Assembly (NCBI GenBank): GCA_016192455.1
Contig: JACPUC010000002.1
Coordinates: forward strand, 62,001-126,000
Length of the DNA: 64,000 nt
Direction: 5' to 3'
Source of the DNA: Candidatus Tectimicrobiota bacterium
GTDB lineage: Bacteria > JACPUC01
A program made the translations under genes and the position numbers. Every line of letters starts with the position of its first letter. Positions within the stretch are counted from its first letter, which is position 1. Below are positions 19,712-28,919 of this stretch, one piece after another. Below the pieces are notes generated by a model. The model did not search any database. It was given only the letters and a program-made list of their open reading frames with translations, and was not told the DNA's origin.

Positions 19712-21952
19712 TTATGCTCCGCCCTTTCTACTCCGTACTCCCTCCCGCACGCGTTCCGGTGACAGCGGCAGCGACACCATCCGCAGCCCGGTGGCGTCGA
19801 AGAGGGCGTTGGCGATGGCGGCGGCGACGGGCACGACCGGCGGCTCGCCGATGCTCTTGGCGCCGTAGGGACCCGCGCCGGGGTAGCCCTCGACCAGCCG
19901 GGCCTCGATGCGCGGCAGGTCGAGGGCCATGGGGATCTTGTAGTCGAGGAAGTTGGGGTTCAGCACCCGGCCGTCGCGCAGGCACATCTCCTCGGCGAGG
20001 GCGAACCCGATCCCCTGGGCCACGCCGCCTTCAACTTGGCCGCCAGCGGTGGCGGGGTTGAGGGTGGTGCCCAGATCGTGGGCGGCGAGGTAGCGCAGCA
20101 CCGCGACCTGCCCGGTCTCCTCATCCACCTCGACCTCGGCGAAGTGGGCCGCGAAGACGGGGCCGGCCGGCGCCCCCGCCACGAACGAGCCGCGGCCGAG
20201 GATCGGCCCGCCGAGCTTGCGCAGCGCGGCAGCGGCAAGCTCCCTCACGCTGATGCCGCGATCCGGCGCCTCGGCCACGGAGACGCGGCCGTCGCTGAGC
20301 CGCAGGTCTTCCTCGGCGGCCTCGAGGAGCGGCGCGGCGAGGGCGAGGAGCTGCGCCCGCACGTCGCGCGCCGCGCGCAGAACGGCGTTGCCGGCGACAT
20401 ACGTCTCGCGGCTGCCGCCGCTGCCCGAGTCGTAGGGGGTATGGGCCGTATCGCGGCTGCTCACGGTCACGTCGGTGATCGCCAGCCCCAGCTCCTGGGC
20501 GACGATTTGCGCCAGGATCGTATCGGTGCCGGTGCCGACGTCCACGGCGCCGGTGAGAAGGTTCGCCGTGCCGTCGTGATTCAGCGTCACGAGCGCGCCG
20601 GCCGAGCCGGGGGCGGTGCTGCGCTCGCTGCACGCCATGCCGAGGCCCCGCAGCTTCTCCTGCCGCGGCTGGCGGGGACGTTTCCAGCCGAAGGCGGCGG
20701 CCCCCTCTTCCAAGAGTTTCCTGAAGCCGACCCCTTTCCAGATCACGCCGACGGCGTTCGCCTCGCCGTCGCGGGGGGCGTTGCGCAGGCGCAACTCGAG
20801 GGGGTCGAGGCGCAGGGCATGGGCGATGATGTCGAGCTGCGATTCGCTTGCGAAGGTGACCTGGGGATCGCCAGGAGCACGGCACTGCCCGCCCGGAATC
20901 TTGTTCGTGTAGACGCAGAACGCCTCGATGCGCGCGTGGGGGATGGCGTAGGGGCCAAGGGCGCGGCGCCAGCCGAGGGGGAGGGCGCTGGGTTTCTGCC
21001 CGGCGTTGGCGCCGGTATCGAAGATCACCGTGGCCTGGCGCGCCATGATGGCGCCGTCGTCGCGCACCCCGGTCTTCAGGACGATGCGGCTGGCGTTGCG
21101 CGGGCAGGCGGCCTCGAACTCCTCCTCGCGGCTCATCACCAGGCGCACCGGGCGGCCGCCGCTGCGCTGCGAGAGGAGGGCGCAGAGCGGCTCGTCCATG
21201 AGGTACCCTTTGGCGCCGAAGCCGCCGCCGCAGTACGTGCCGATCACCCGCAGGCGCGCGAGGGGCCAGCCCAGCACCTTCGCCAGGGCCTCGCGGATGA
21301 AGTGCGGGCTCTGGGTGCTTGTCCAGACGGTCAGCCAGCCGGTCGGGTCGAGCTGCGCCACCGAGGCGTGCGGCTCGACGTGCCCGTGATGCACCATGGG
21401 GGTGGTGAAGGTGTGCTCGAAGAGGTGCGCGGCCTGGGCGAACCCTGCCTCGGTGCTCCCCTTCGTCGCCAGCTCCTGCGAGCAGACGTTCGGCAGCGTG
21501 CTCGGGTGCAGGAGCCCCCCGTAGGTTGCCAGCTCCTCATGGAGGATCGGCGCCCCGGGCGACATGGCAGCGAGAGGATCGAAGACGGCGGGGATCTCCT
21601 CATACTCGACCTCGATGAGGGCCAGGGCTTCCGCCACGGCGTCGGCATCGGCGGCCGCCACCGCCGCCACGCGGTCGCCGCGGAAGAGCACTTTCCGGCG
21701 GGCCAGGGTCTCCATATCCTCGAGGAGCCGGCCATGGCGCGTCGCCGGGACATCCGCGGCGCTGAGCACGGCGTGCACGCCCGGCGCCTCGCGGGCCCTG
21801 CTGGTGTCCACGTGGAGGATGCGGGCATGCGCCAGCGGGCTGCGCAGAATGCCCCCCTGCAGCATGCCGGGGAGGCGGATATCGACGCCGAAGCGCGCCG
21901 AGCCCGACACCTGGGATCGCGCATCAATGCGTGGAAGTGCCGCTCCTATCAC
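19712..21952 (-). CDS. xanthine dehydrogenase family molybdopterin-binding subunit
   Basis: LRSPLAHARI, GGGFGAK, RAPGDPQ, GQVEGGVAQGIG, GAKSIGEPP; GGAGG RBS before GTG 21952. Confidence 0.92.
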   Translation of the reverse strand: MIGAALPRIDARSQVSGSARFGVDIRLPGMLQGGILRSPLAHARILHVDTSRAREAPGVHAVLSAADVPATRHGRLLEDMETLARRKVLFRGDRVAAVAAADADAVAEALALIEVEYEEIPAVFDPLAAMSPGAPILHEELATYGGLLHPSTLPNVCSQELATKGSTEAGFAQAAHLFEHTFTTPMVHHGHVEPHASVAQLDPTGWLTVWTSTQSPHFIREALAKVLGWPLARLRVIGTYCGGGFGAKGYLMDEPLCALLSQRSGGRPVRLVMSREEEFEAACPRNASRIVLKTGVRDDGAIMARQATVIFDTGANAGQKPSALPLGWRRALGPYAIPHARIEAFCVYTNKIPGGQCRAPGDPQVTFASESQLDIIAHALRLDPLELRLRNAPRDGEANAVGVIWKGVGFRKLLEEGAAAFGWKRPRQPRQEKLRGLGMACSERSTAPGSAGALVTLNHDGTANLLTGAVDVGTGTDTILAQIVAQELGLAITDVTVSSRDTAHTPYDSGSGGSRETYVAGNAVLRAARDVRAQLLALAAPLLEAAEEDLRLSDGRVSVAEAPDRGISVRELAAAALRKLGGPILGRGSFVAGAPAGPVFAAHFAEVEVDEETGQVAVLRYLAAHDLGTTLNPATAGGQVEGGVAQGIGFALAEEMCLRDGRVLNPNFLDYKIPMALDLPRIEARLVEGYPGAGPYGAKSIGEPPVVPVAAAIANALFDATGLRMVSLPLSPERVREGVRSRKGGA

Positions 21953-22269
21953 CGTTGTGCCCCCTCCAAGCGCTGCATGTGGTTCCTCCCCGGCAACGAC
22001 GGGAGAACGCCATCCTAGCGCACTCGGTCGCGGACCGGCAAGCGCGGCGGGCGCGGGGCGGCGGCGCGACTGTCGCGGCGCGGCGGGCCGCAGGGCGGGC
22101 ACGGGGTGCGGCGAGGAGGAGCCGGCGCGGCGCCTCAATGGTGATCAGGGGGGCCGGGGCGCTCTCGCGCGGCGCGCGAACCGCCGCGGCTGGCTGCGCC
22201 TTTACATCTCCACCTGCCTTTTCTATATTCACTGCACCGTTCCGGCCTTGGTTCCATGATGGAGTGGTG

Positions 22270-22794
22270 ATGGAAGCTCCGCGGTACAACATTGGCCAGA
22301 CGCTTGCGTTCACCCCCGAGGCGATCGGTGTGCCGGGTAAGCGCGCCTTTCGCTTGGTCGTGGAAGCATCGCACGGAGCGGCGGTGCTGTGGCTGGAGAA
22401 GGAGCAGCTCTACGGCCTGGCCCTGACGATTCAGCGCCTGGCGGCGGCCCGGCGCCTTCCCTCCAGCGCAACCTGGGAGATTGACGAGGGGGACCTGCCG
22501 GAGCCGGCCTACGACAAGCCTGAAGTCGAGTTCAAGATCGGCAAGCTGGTGCTGGGCTACCGCAAGGATGAAGACGCCTTCGTGTTCAGCGTCTTCGATG
22601 CCGAGGAGCTTGGCGAGGAGGAGGAGCGCCCGGTGGTGATGTTCGCCGCCAGCCGCGAGCAGCTTGCCGCTCTGGCGAAGGACTCCATTTCCGTCTGCTG
22701 GGCGGGTCGCCCCGTTTGCCCGCTCTGCCACACGGCGATCGAATCGCCCCAGCATATCTGCGCCCAGTTCAACGGCCACAACCTCAAGCAGTGA
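22270..22794 (+). CDS. DUF3090 family protein
   Basis: AIGVPGKRAFRL, LEKEQL, C-terminal GRPVCPLC...HIC...NGH. Confidence 0.85.
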   Translation: MEAPRYNIGQTLAFTPEAIGVPGKRAFRLVVEASHGAAVLWLEKEQLYGLALTIQRLAAARRLPSSATWEIDEGDLPEPAYDKPEVEFKIGKLVLGYRKDEDAFVFSVFDAEELGEEEERPVVMFAASREQLAALAKDSISVCWAGRPVCPLCHTAIESPQHICAQFNGHNLKQ

Positions 22795-22849
22795 GGAGGC
22801 TGGCTGCGCCGTTGCGGCGCGGCGCCTTGGGGCGGTGGTATGGAAGCCT

Positions 22850-23629
22850 ATGGTGTCGCGAGGTGATCGATTTCCCACCCTGCAGGGAGTGGCTGGCGCG
22901 CTGACGCCGGCGACGCTGAGCCGCGGGGACGTTCTGGCGCTGCTGCGCGACGGCACCGTGGAGGAGGGGCAGCTCCACCCCCAGGGCTCGAACTCCACCT
23001 TTGTGGTCAGGCTGCGGAAGGGGGAGTGCTGCTGCCTGGCCGTCTATAAGCCCCGCGAGGGCGAAACGCCGCTGTGGGATTTCCCCCAGGGTACGCTCTA
23101 TCGGCGTGAGGTTGCTTCCTACCTCCTGTGCGAGGCGCTCGGCTGGGGGTTCGTCCCCCCAACTATCGTGCGCGACGGCCCCGCCGGCGAGGGGTCGATG
23201 CAGCTCTACATTCATCACGATCCCGCCCGTCACTACTTCGTCACCCGTGAGACGCACCTCGACGCCTACCGGAGGATCGCCACCTTCGATTTCCTGGCGA
23301 ACAACGCCGACCGCAAGGGTGGCCATTGCCTGCACGGCCGCGACGGCAACATCTGGGGGATCGATCACGGCCTGACCTTCAATGTCAACCTCAAGCTCCG
23401 GACGGTGATCTGGGACTTCGCCGAGCAGCGCATCCCCGACCAGCTCATCGAGGATGTCAGGCGGGTGCTTGGGCAGCTTCAGGGCGGCAACGGCGCCACC
23501 GCGGGACTCGAAGGTCTCCTCCAGCCCGCGGAGATCGGCAGCCTGAGGAAGCGCCTGGAGCACCTCGTCGAGCACCCGTACTACCCGCCCCCGTTCACCT
23601 CCCGCAGCCTCCCCTGGCCGCGAATTTGA
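22850..23629 (+). CDS. SCO1664 family protein (PI3/PI4-kinase-like fold)
   Basis: GSNSTF, AVYKP, PLWDFP.GTL..REVASY, NNADRKGGH, IDHGLTF, KLRTVIWDF, PWP; start uncertain. Confidence 0.88.
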   Translation: MVSRGDRFPTLQGVAGALTPATLSRGDVLALLRDGTVEEGQLHPQGSNSTFVVRLRKGECCCLAVYKPREGETPLWDFPQGTLYRREVASYLLCEALGWGFVPPTIVRDGPAGEGSMQLYIHHDPARHYFVTRETHLDAYRRIATFDFLANNADRKGGHCLHGRDGNIWGIDHGLTFNVNLKLRTVIWDFAEQRIPDQLIEDVRRVLGQLQGGNGATAGLEGLLQPAEIGSLRKRLEHLVEHPYYPPPFTSRSLPWPRI

Positions 23630-23774
23630 CCCCGCCGCGACATCCTGAGCAGCGGGCAGGCGTGCTTCGCGTGCCGATCCGCAGAGGTCCACGGCCTGGT
23701 GGCGCGGCGCGCTCGCGAAGCTTTGCCAGCCGCGGCCGCCGCCCGGCCGCCCCTCCCTTGCGGCGCTGAGGCGA

Positions 23775-24671
23775 TCATGCCTGGCCGCCGGGCTTGCGCC
23801 GCGGCAGGCGTCTGAGGTTCTCCGCGATGAGGCGCGCCACGCCGGGCTGCCCGACGATGAGGGAGGCGCGCCAGTTGGAGAGCTGGGTGAGGTCGGCAGG
23901 CAGGGCGGCTGCCGTTGGACCGAAATGCTCCAGCGGCGTCCAGCGGTGGCTGCGCGGGCGCCGCGCATAGACAGCTCCGCCGGCTTCCTGGACGAGGAGG
24001 ACACCGGCGGCGACATCCCAGATTTTCGGCGTCCAGATGACGCAGTACGAGAAACTGCCGCTCGCCGTCAGCGCCATCTCGTAAGCGATGCTGCCGGACA
24101 TGCGCACCTCGCCCGAATGTTTGCGCAGGTGCCCGTTGAGGGTGAAGATGCGGTAGTGGTTGCCCGGCAGGCTGACCAGCTTCGTGCGGCCGATCTCTGC
24201 CTCGCGCTGCACCTGGATGCGGTGCCCGTCGCGATAGGCGCCGTTGCCCCGGCGGGCGTGGTAGATCGTCCCCTGCGAGCTCTTGGCGCTGGGGACAAAG
24301 ATCGCCCCCGCCGCCGGCTGACCGCGATAGAGCACGCCGATGGAGACGGCGAACACCGGCAGGCGATTCATGAAGTTCGCCGTGCCGTCGAGGGGATCGA
24401 GAACCCAGGTGAACTCCGGCTTGCCGGCACTGACGCGGGCCCCCTCCTCGCCGACGATCGCGTGGTCGGGGAACGCCGCGCCGATCTCCGCGGTGAGGTA
24501 CGCCTCGCTCTCACGGTCGGCGTTGGTGACGGGGTCGGCCTTCCCCTTCGACTTGTAGTTCACCTCGACATCGGCGCCGAAGTAGCCCAACACGATCCGC
24601 CCGGCGCCGCGGGCAAAACGGACCGCCATCGTTTCGATCTGCTCCAGCAGAGCATCGTTCGGGAGACCCAT
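23775..24671 (-). CDS. inositol monophosphatase family protein (SuhB-like)
   Basis: DPVTNAD, GEE, WVLDPLDGTANF, WDVAAG. Confidence 0.92.
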   Translation of the reverse strand: MGLPNDALLEQIETMAVRFARGAGRIVLGYFGADVEVNYKSKGKADPVTNADRESEAYLTAEIGAAFPDHAIVGEEGARVSAGKPEFTWVLDPLDGTANFMNRLPVFAVSIGVLYRGQPAAGAIFVPSAKSSQGTIYHARRGNGAYRDGHRIQVQREAEIGRTKLVSLPGNHYRIFTLNGHLRKHSGEVRMSGSIAYEMALTASGSFSYCVIWTPKIWDVAAGVLLVQEAGGAVYARRPRSHRWTPLEHFGPTAAALPADLTQLSNWRASLIVGQPGVARLIAENLRRLPRRKPGGQA

Positions 24672-24988
24672 GGACCTTCTTCCTCACTTCCTCACTGGTG
24701 ATCAAGCCTGCGCAGTCTTCCGCCTATCCTAGCATCCCTGGGCGCGAGAGGCACCGGGAATGCGGGGCCGAGGCGATGCCCGCCGCCCCATCAGCCGCTT
24801 CCCTCGGCCACAGGCCTGGAAGAAGGCCGCCATGCACGTTCTCGCCCGCCGCGAAGCAACGGGGGACGGGAAGAATTCTCTTGTTTTCCCTGCCGCGCTA
24901 TGACAGACATGCAAGCAAGGAACGATTGCCACGCAACCATGATCCCAATACTGGAGCGTCTCGATCGGACGCCTGGATGAGGTTAGCC

Positions 24989-26290
24989 ATGCAAGCGAGG
25001 GCTGACGACAACTCCCGCTTCTTCTACGGCTGGTACGTGTTGGGCGCCTCGGTCTCCGTGATGATGTTCACCATCGGCCTCTTGGTCGCCTTTGGCGTCT
25101 TTCTGAAGCCGATGGCCGAGGACCTCAACTGGTCGCGGACGAGCGTCGCCGCCGCGCCGACCTTTGCCTTCATGACGTTCGGCGTCTGCTCGTTCCTGGC
25201 CGGCGCGTTGGCCGACCGCTTCGGCACGCGCCTGATCCTGCTGGGGGGGGCCTTTCTCAGCGGCCTGGGTCTCTTCCTCTCGGCGCTCATCACGCGGCCG
25301 CTGGAGTTGTACCTGACCTTCGGGGTGCTCGTCGGCTTTGGCATCGGCACCTTCTACGTCCCCCTCAGCTCGCTGGCGACGCACTGGTTCACGAAGCGGC
25401 GCGGCGTGGCGGTTGGCGTGGTGAGCGCCGGCAGCGGCATCGGCATCATGCTCATGTCCCCCCTGGCGCGGGTGCTCATCACGGCTTACGGCTGGCGCCC
25501 GGCCTTCATGATCCTGGCGGGCATCACCTGGCTGGTGGTCTTCTCCGCCTCTCTCGTCATCCGCAACCGGCCCGGCGATGTCGGCCTCTCTCCTTACGGG
25601 CAGGCGTCGGACGGCGCTCCGCAAGCCTTTCAGTCGGCAAGGACCGCGGGGGGAGCCGCGCCGGCGCCCCGCGCGAGCTCCGAGGCGATCATCAAACACC
25701 CGATGTTCTGGGCCATCGGCGGCACCCACTTCTTCTGTTGCCTCAGCCACTCCGGGGTCCTCTTCCACATGGTCGCCATGGCGACGGACATCGGCATCAG
25801 CAAAATGGTGGCGGCCAGCTTCATCCTCGTCACCGGCCTCACCAGCATCTTCTCCCGCATCGGCACGGGAGCCATCACCGATCGCTACGGTTTGCGGCAC
25901 ACCATGCTCCTCGGCTTGGTCGCCCAGACCATCGTGATCATCCTCTTTCGATTCGTCTCCACCGCCGGCGGCTTCTTCGGCCTGACGATCTTCTTCGGCC
26001 TTGCTTTTGGCGGCATCATGCCGCTCTACGTGCTGCTCTCGCGGGAGTTCTTTGGGAACCAGGTGGTCGGCACCGTCTATGGCTTCGTCTTCATGCTCTC
26101 CTCCTTCGGGATGAGCCTTGGGCCGGTCCTGGGCGGCGCAATCTACGATTATTTCGGGAATTACGCGTGGCTCTTCTTCGTGAGCGGCGTCTTCGGGGTG
26201 ATGGCGGTGATCCTCGCCAGCATCCTCCGTCCCCCCGCCGTTGCCGAGGGCGTGCCGAGCAAGGTTGCGGAGGTCACCGTCGCGGTCTGA
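24989..26290 (+). CDS. MFS transporter (OFA/MCT-like)
   Basis: FFYGWYV start, GALADRFG, WFTKRRG, about 12 TM segments. Confidence 0.9.
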   Translation: MQARADDNSRFFYGWYVLGASVSVMMFTIGLLVAFGVFLKPMAEDLNWSRTSVAAAPTFAFMTFGVCSFLAGALADRFGTRLILLGGAFLSGLGLFLSALITRPLELYLTFGVLVGFGIGTFYVPLSSLATHWFTKRRGVAVGVVSAGSGIGIMLMSPLARVLITAYGWRPAFMILAGITWLVVFSASLVIRNRPGDVGLSPYGQASDGAPQAFQSARTAGGAAPAPRASSEAIIKHPMFWAIGGTHFFCCLSHSGVLFHMVAMATDIGISKMVAASFILVTGLTSIFSRIGTGAITDRYGLRHTMLLGLVAQTIVIILFRFVSTAGGFFGLTIFFGLAFGGIMPLYVLLSREFFGNQVVGTVYGFVFMLSSFGMSLGPVLGGAIYDYFGNYAWLFFVSGVFGVMAVILASILRPPAVAEGVPSKVAEVTVAV

Positions 26291-26714
26291 GTTTCCCCCG
26301 GCGCGGAGCCCGCGCGGCGCCGTGATCTCCTGCGGCTCCTTGGCGGGGAAGCGTGATGACCGCGCCTCCCGCCTCCTCCTGCCGCGGAGCACCGTGCTTG
26401 CCGGCGCTGGCGAGCGGCCGCCCACCAACAGCGGAGGCGCGGCTCCCTGGTGCGGGAGTCGCTCCCTTTCGCTCAGCCCACCCGCCGCTGACCTCACTGT
26501 CTGTCTCCCCTCGTCATACCGCCGCCGCTTCAGCCCCATGCGTAGGTGGCGGCCGAGAGTGTCTCCGCGACCCCCTCTCGCCTACCTCGGGCGCTGGCCC
26601 GCCACTACTGCCCCGCATTACTGCCCCGCATTGGCTGCCATGGCTGCGCCTCCCCCCAGGCTCTTGCGGGATCGCTGTTCGTTTCCCCTCAATTGCAGCA
26701 CAGCCGCGTTTGAG

Positions 26715-26761
26715 ATACTAGATGTTGGCATGATCTTGAAAATAGCTACTACAGGTTGTAT
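26715..26761. promoter_or_regulatory. tandem NrdR-box-like palindromes 31 bp apart, overlapping TTGAAA-17-TATTTT
   Basis: ATACTAGATGTTGGCA (26715) and CTACTACAGGTTGTAT (26746) compared with the consensus acaCwAtATaTwGtgt. Confidence 0.6.
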
Positions 26762-26947
26762 TTTTTTCTTGACAGACTGACGATACCTTGATTTACTGCT
26801 ATCACGCAGCTCAAAGAAAGGAAGCAGAGTGCAAGGGAGCAGCGTCGAGGGCGCACACGGTTTCAGGTTGCTGACCGCCGGTGCGTCCGGCAGAACACCC
26901 GATCCCTGGTGGGCTATTCCTCACGGTGTTGCTGAGGAGGGGTAGGT

Positions 26948-28417
26948 GTGCGCCATGTAGATGAGAGGCTGGGAGGCTTGCGTCGTTCCCGCTGCGGGCT
27001 TCCCCTCGGCGAGGGGCAACCTGGGGTGGTGGGGAGGGCTGCCTGGCACTGGCTGGGCGTGGCGTGGCTGGGGCTCGTCCTCGCCTCGCCACTGCAGCCG
27101 GCTGCGGTGGCGCAGCCTGTTGCCGATGCCCCCATCATCACCCGGGCCGGGTATGGGCTCTCCTCCCTGACGGTCTCCTCCCTGGAGGGTGGCACGTTCA
27201 CCGTCCAGGCGGAGGTCGTTGGCGGCATCCCGCCCTTGCGGGTGGAGGGGATTCTCGACTTCTCGCGACGTGACGGAACGCCCGACTCGGTGCTCTTCGG
27301 CACGCTGACGGATGCGGACGGCGACGACGTCTACGAACTGCACGTGACGATTACGCCGCGCTCGGTTCCGTCCGGCAGGTTCACGGGTGTGCGGGTGCGG
27401 GTGCAGGATGCAGCCGGGCGCGAGGCCGTTTGGCCGGAGTTCGAGGTGCCGCTCTCACTCCATTCCCTGCGCACCCTGCGCGTTGAGCCGCTTGTCAGCA
27501 ACCTGGCAGTCGGCCAACAGGGGCAGATCACGGTGACGGCCCTCTTCGATAACGGGCAGACGAGCAACGTCTCCGGCAGTGAGTTCGGTACCCGCTACGA
27601 GGTCCATGATCCCAGTATTGCGCGCGTGGATGCCGCCGGCATGCTGACGGCCATCAGCCCTGGGACCACGATCATCACGGTGAGCAACAACAACACCGAC
27701 ATGGTTGCGGCGGTGGTCGTGGAGCGGGACGCCCTCGATCTCGTCGGCCTCACCGTCACTCCCAGCGCGACGGTGACCTTGAACCCCGGCGAGGAGGTGC
27801 AGCTCGTGGTGACCGGGCGCCTGCGCGGGGGCGAGGAACGTAGTCTGGCGGCGGTGGAGAGCACCTCGTATCGCAGCAGCAATGCCGCGGTGGCGCAGGT
27901 GAGCCGCACCGGCTTGGTGCGCGCCATCGCCGGCGGCACCGCCATTATCACGGTCAGCAACGGAGGGTTTGACGATGTCGCCGTGATCGAGGTGTCCGGG
28001 CCTCCGCCAGGCGCCTCGCCCACGGCTCCACCCACGGCTCCGCCCACGGCTCCACCCACGGCTCCACCCACGGCGCCGTCCGCCGACGCCAGCCCGCCGG
28101 CCCCGGAGGCGCCGCCGGCGCCGCCGGCGCCAGACTCCTCGAGCCGTCTCGTTGGGTTCATGGTCACGGCCAGCCAGGGGCTGATCCTGGAGGGCGTGGG
28201 GTTCGAGACCCAGCTCCGCGTTGAGGGGGTCTTTTCGGATAGTTCCGTCGTCGATCTTACCGCAGCGCAAACAGGCACGACCTACCGCGTCTCCGACCCC
28301 GGTGTTGTTGAGGTCACGGCAGACGGTTTACTCCGTTCACGGAATCAGGGCGCGACAGCCGTGACCGTTGAGAACGATGGCGTGGAAACCTCCGTCCCCG
28401 TCGTCGTCCGCTTCTAG
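26948..28417 (+). CDS. secreted/surface protein with three Big_2 Ig-like repeats and a Pro-rich linker
   Basis: Hydrophobic signal-like segment; three repeats of (Y)xSS/DPxV/IAxVxxxGxxxAxxxGTxxITVxN; GAGGAGG RBS. Confidence 0.8.
   Translation: MRHVDERLGGLRRSRCGLPLGEGQPGVVGRAAWHWLGVAWLGLVLASPLQPAAVAQPVADAPIITRAGYGLSSLTVSSLEGGTFTVQAEVVGGIPPLRVEGILDFSRRDGTPDSVLFGTLTDADGDDVYELHVTITPRSVPSGRFTGVRVRVQDAAGREAVWPEFEVPLSLHSLRTLRVEPLVSNLAVGQQGQITVTALFDNGQTSNVSGSEFGTRYEVHDPSIARVDAAGMLTAISPGTTIITVSNNNTDMVAAVVVERDALDLVGLTVTPSATVTLNPGEEVQLVVTGRLRGGEERSLAAVESTSYRSSNAAVAQVSRTGLVRAIAGGTAIITVSNGGFDDVAVIEVSGPPPGASPTAPPTAPPTAPPTAPPTAPSADASPPAPEAPPAPPAPDSSSRLVGFMVTASQGLILEGVGFETQLRVEGVFSDSSVVDLTAAQTGTTYRVSDPGVVEVTADGLLRSRNQGATAVTVENDGVETSVPVVVRF
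28019..28078 (+). repeat. 12-bp coding tandem repeat, 5 copies (PTAP linker)
   Basis: CCCACGGCTCCA/G units. Confidence 0.9.
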
Positions 28418-28674
28418 CCTGTTTTGGTTCACAACCCCGCCCCAAGGGAGGGCGCCTGTAGGGCCCTCCCTCCCACCTCCCCGCAGAGCCTCGGCTGCGA
28501 GTGGCTCCAAGACCATCCGTGGCGTTGTCCGCTCCTGCGCCGAGGCGTCCCGGCGCCGGGCCTAGCTGCTCAGCCTTCCTACCGCCGCGCGGCGTCTGCC
28601 GCCTGATGCCCGCCAGATTGAGCCGCCGGGCCGAGCTCATCCCCGCATCGCCGGAAACTCCCCAGCCGCGTCGA

Positions 28675-28704
28675 TTGCATTCGAGCCGAGCGCCTTGGTA
28701 GAAT
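28675..28704 (+). promoter_or_regulatory. sigma70 promoter of the Fe-ADH gene run
   Basis: TTGCAT, 18 bp, extended -10 TGG-TAGAAT. Confidence 0.5.
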
Positions 28705-28919
28705 GCGCCTGCTTCACAGTCCGTCGCTGTGTAAAGGGGGGAGAGTCGGCGTCTGGCGCCCCCTGAATGCCGGGCGCGGTTGCTGCGCGCGCCCGCGGTC
28801 GGCATCGGGCGGCTGTCGGCAGGCCACCGCCGATGTTCCCGGAGAGCCGCGCTCCTCCTGACGAGCCACGGGGAGGCGCGCGCAAGCGCCGCGGGCGCGG
28901 ACGCGGAGGTATCAAGCTG

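Noticed and set aside
19712-21952. Aerobic CO dehydrogenase CoxL
   Set aside because: Neither CoxL active-site motif is present and there is no coxM/coxS.
26625-26655. 13-bp tandem duplication (ACTGCCCCGCATT x2, ending near here) and a 7-codon minus-strand ORF with an RBS
   Set aside because: Only two copies, and there is no independent evidence for a leader peptide.
26725-26741. sigma54 promoter TTGGCATGATCTTGAA
   Set aside because: No GC at the GG-N10-GC position.
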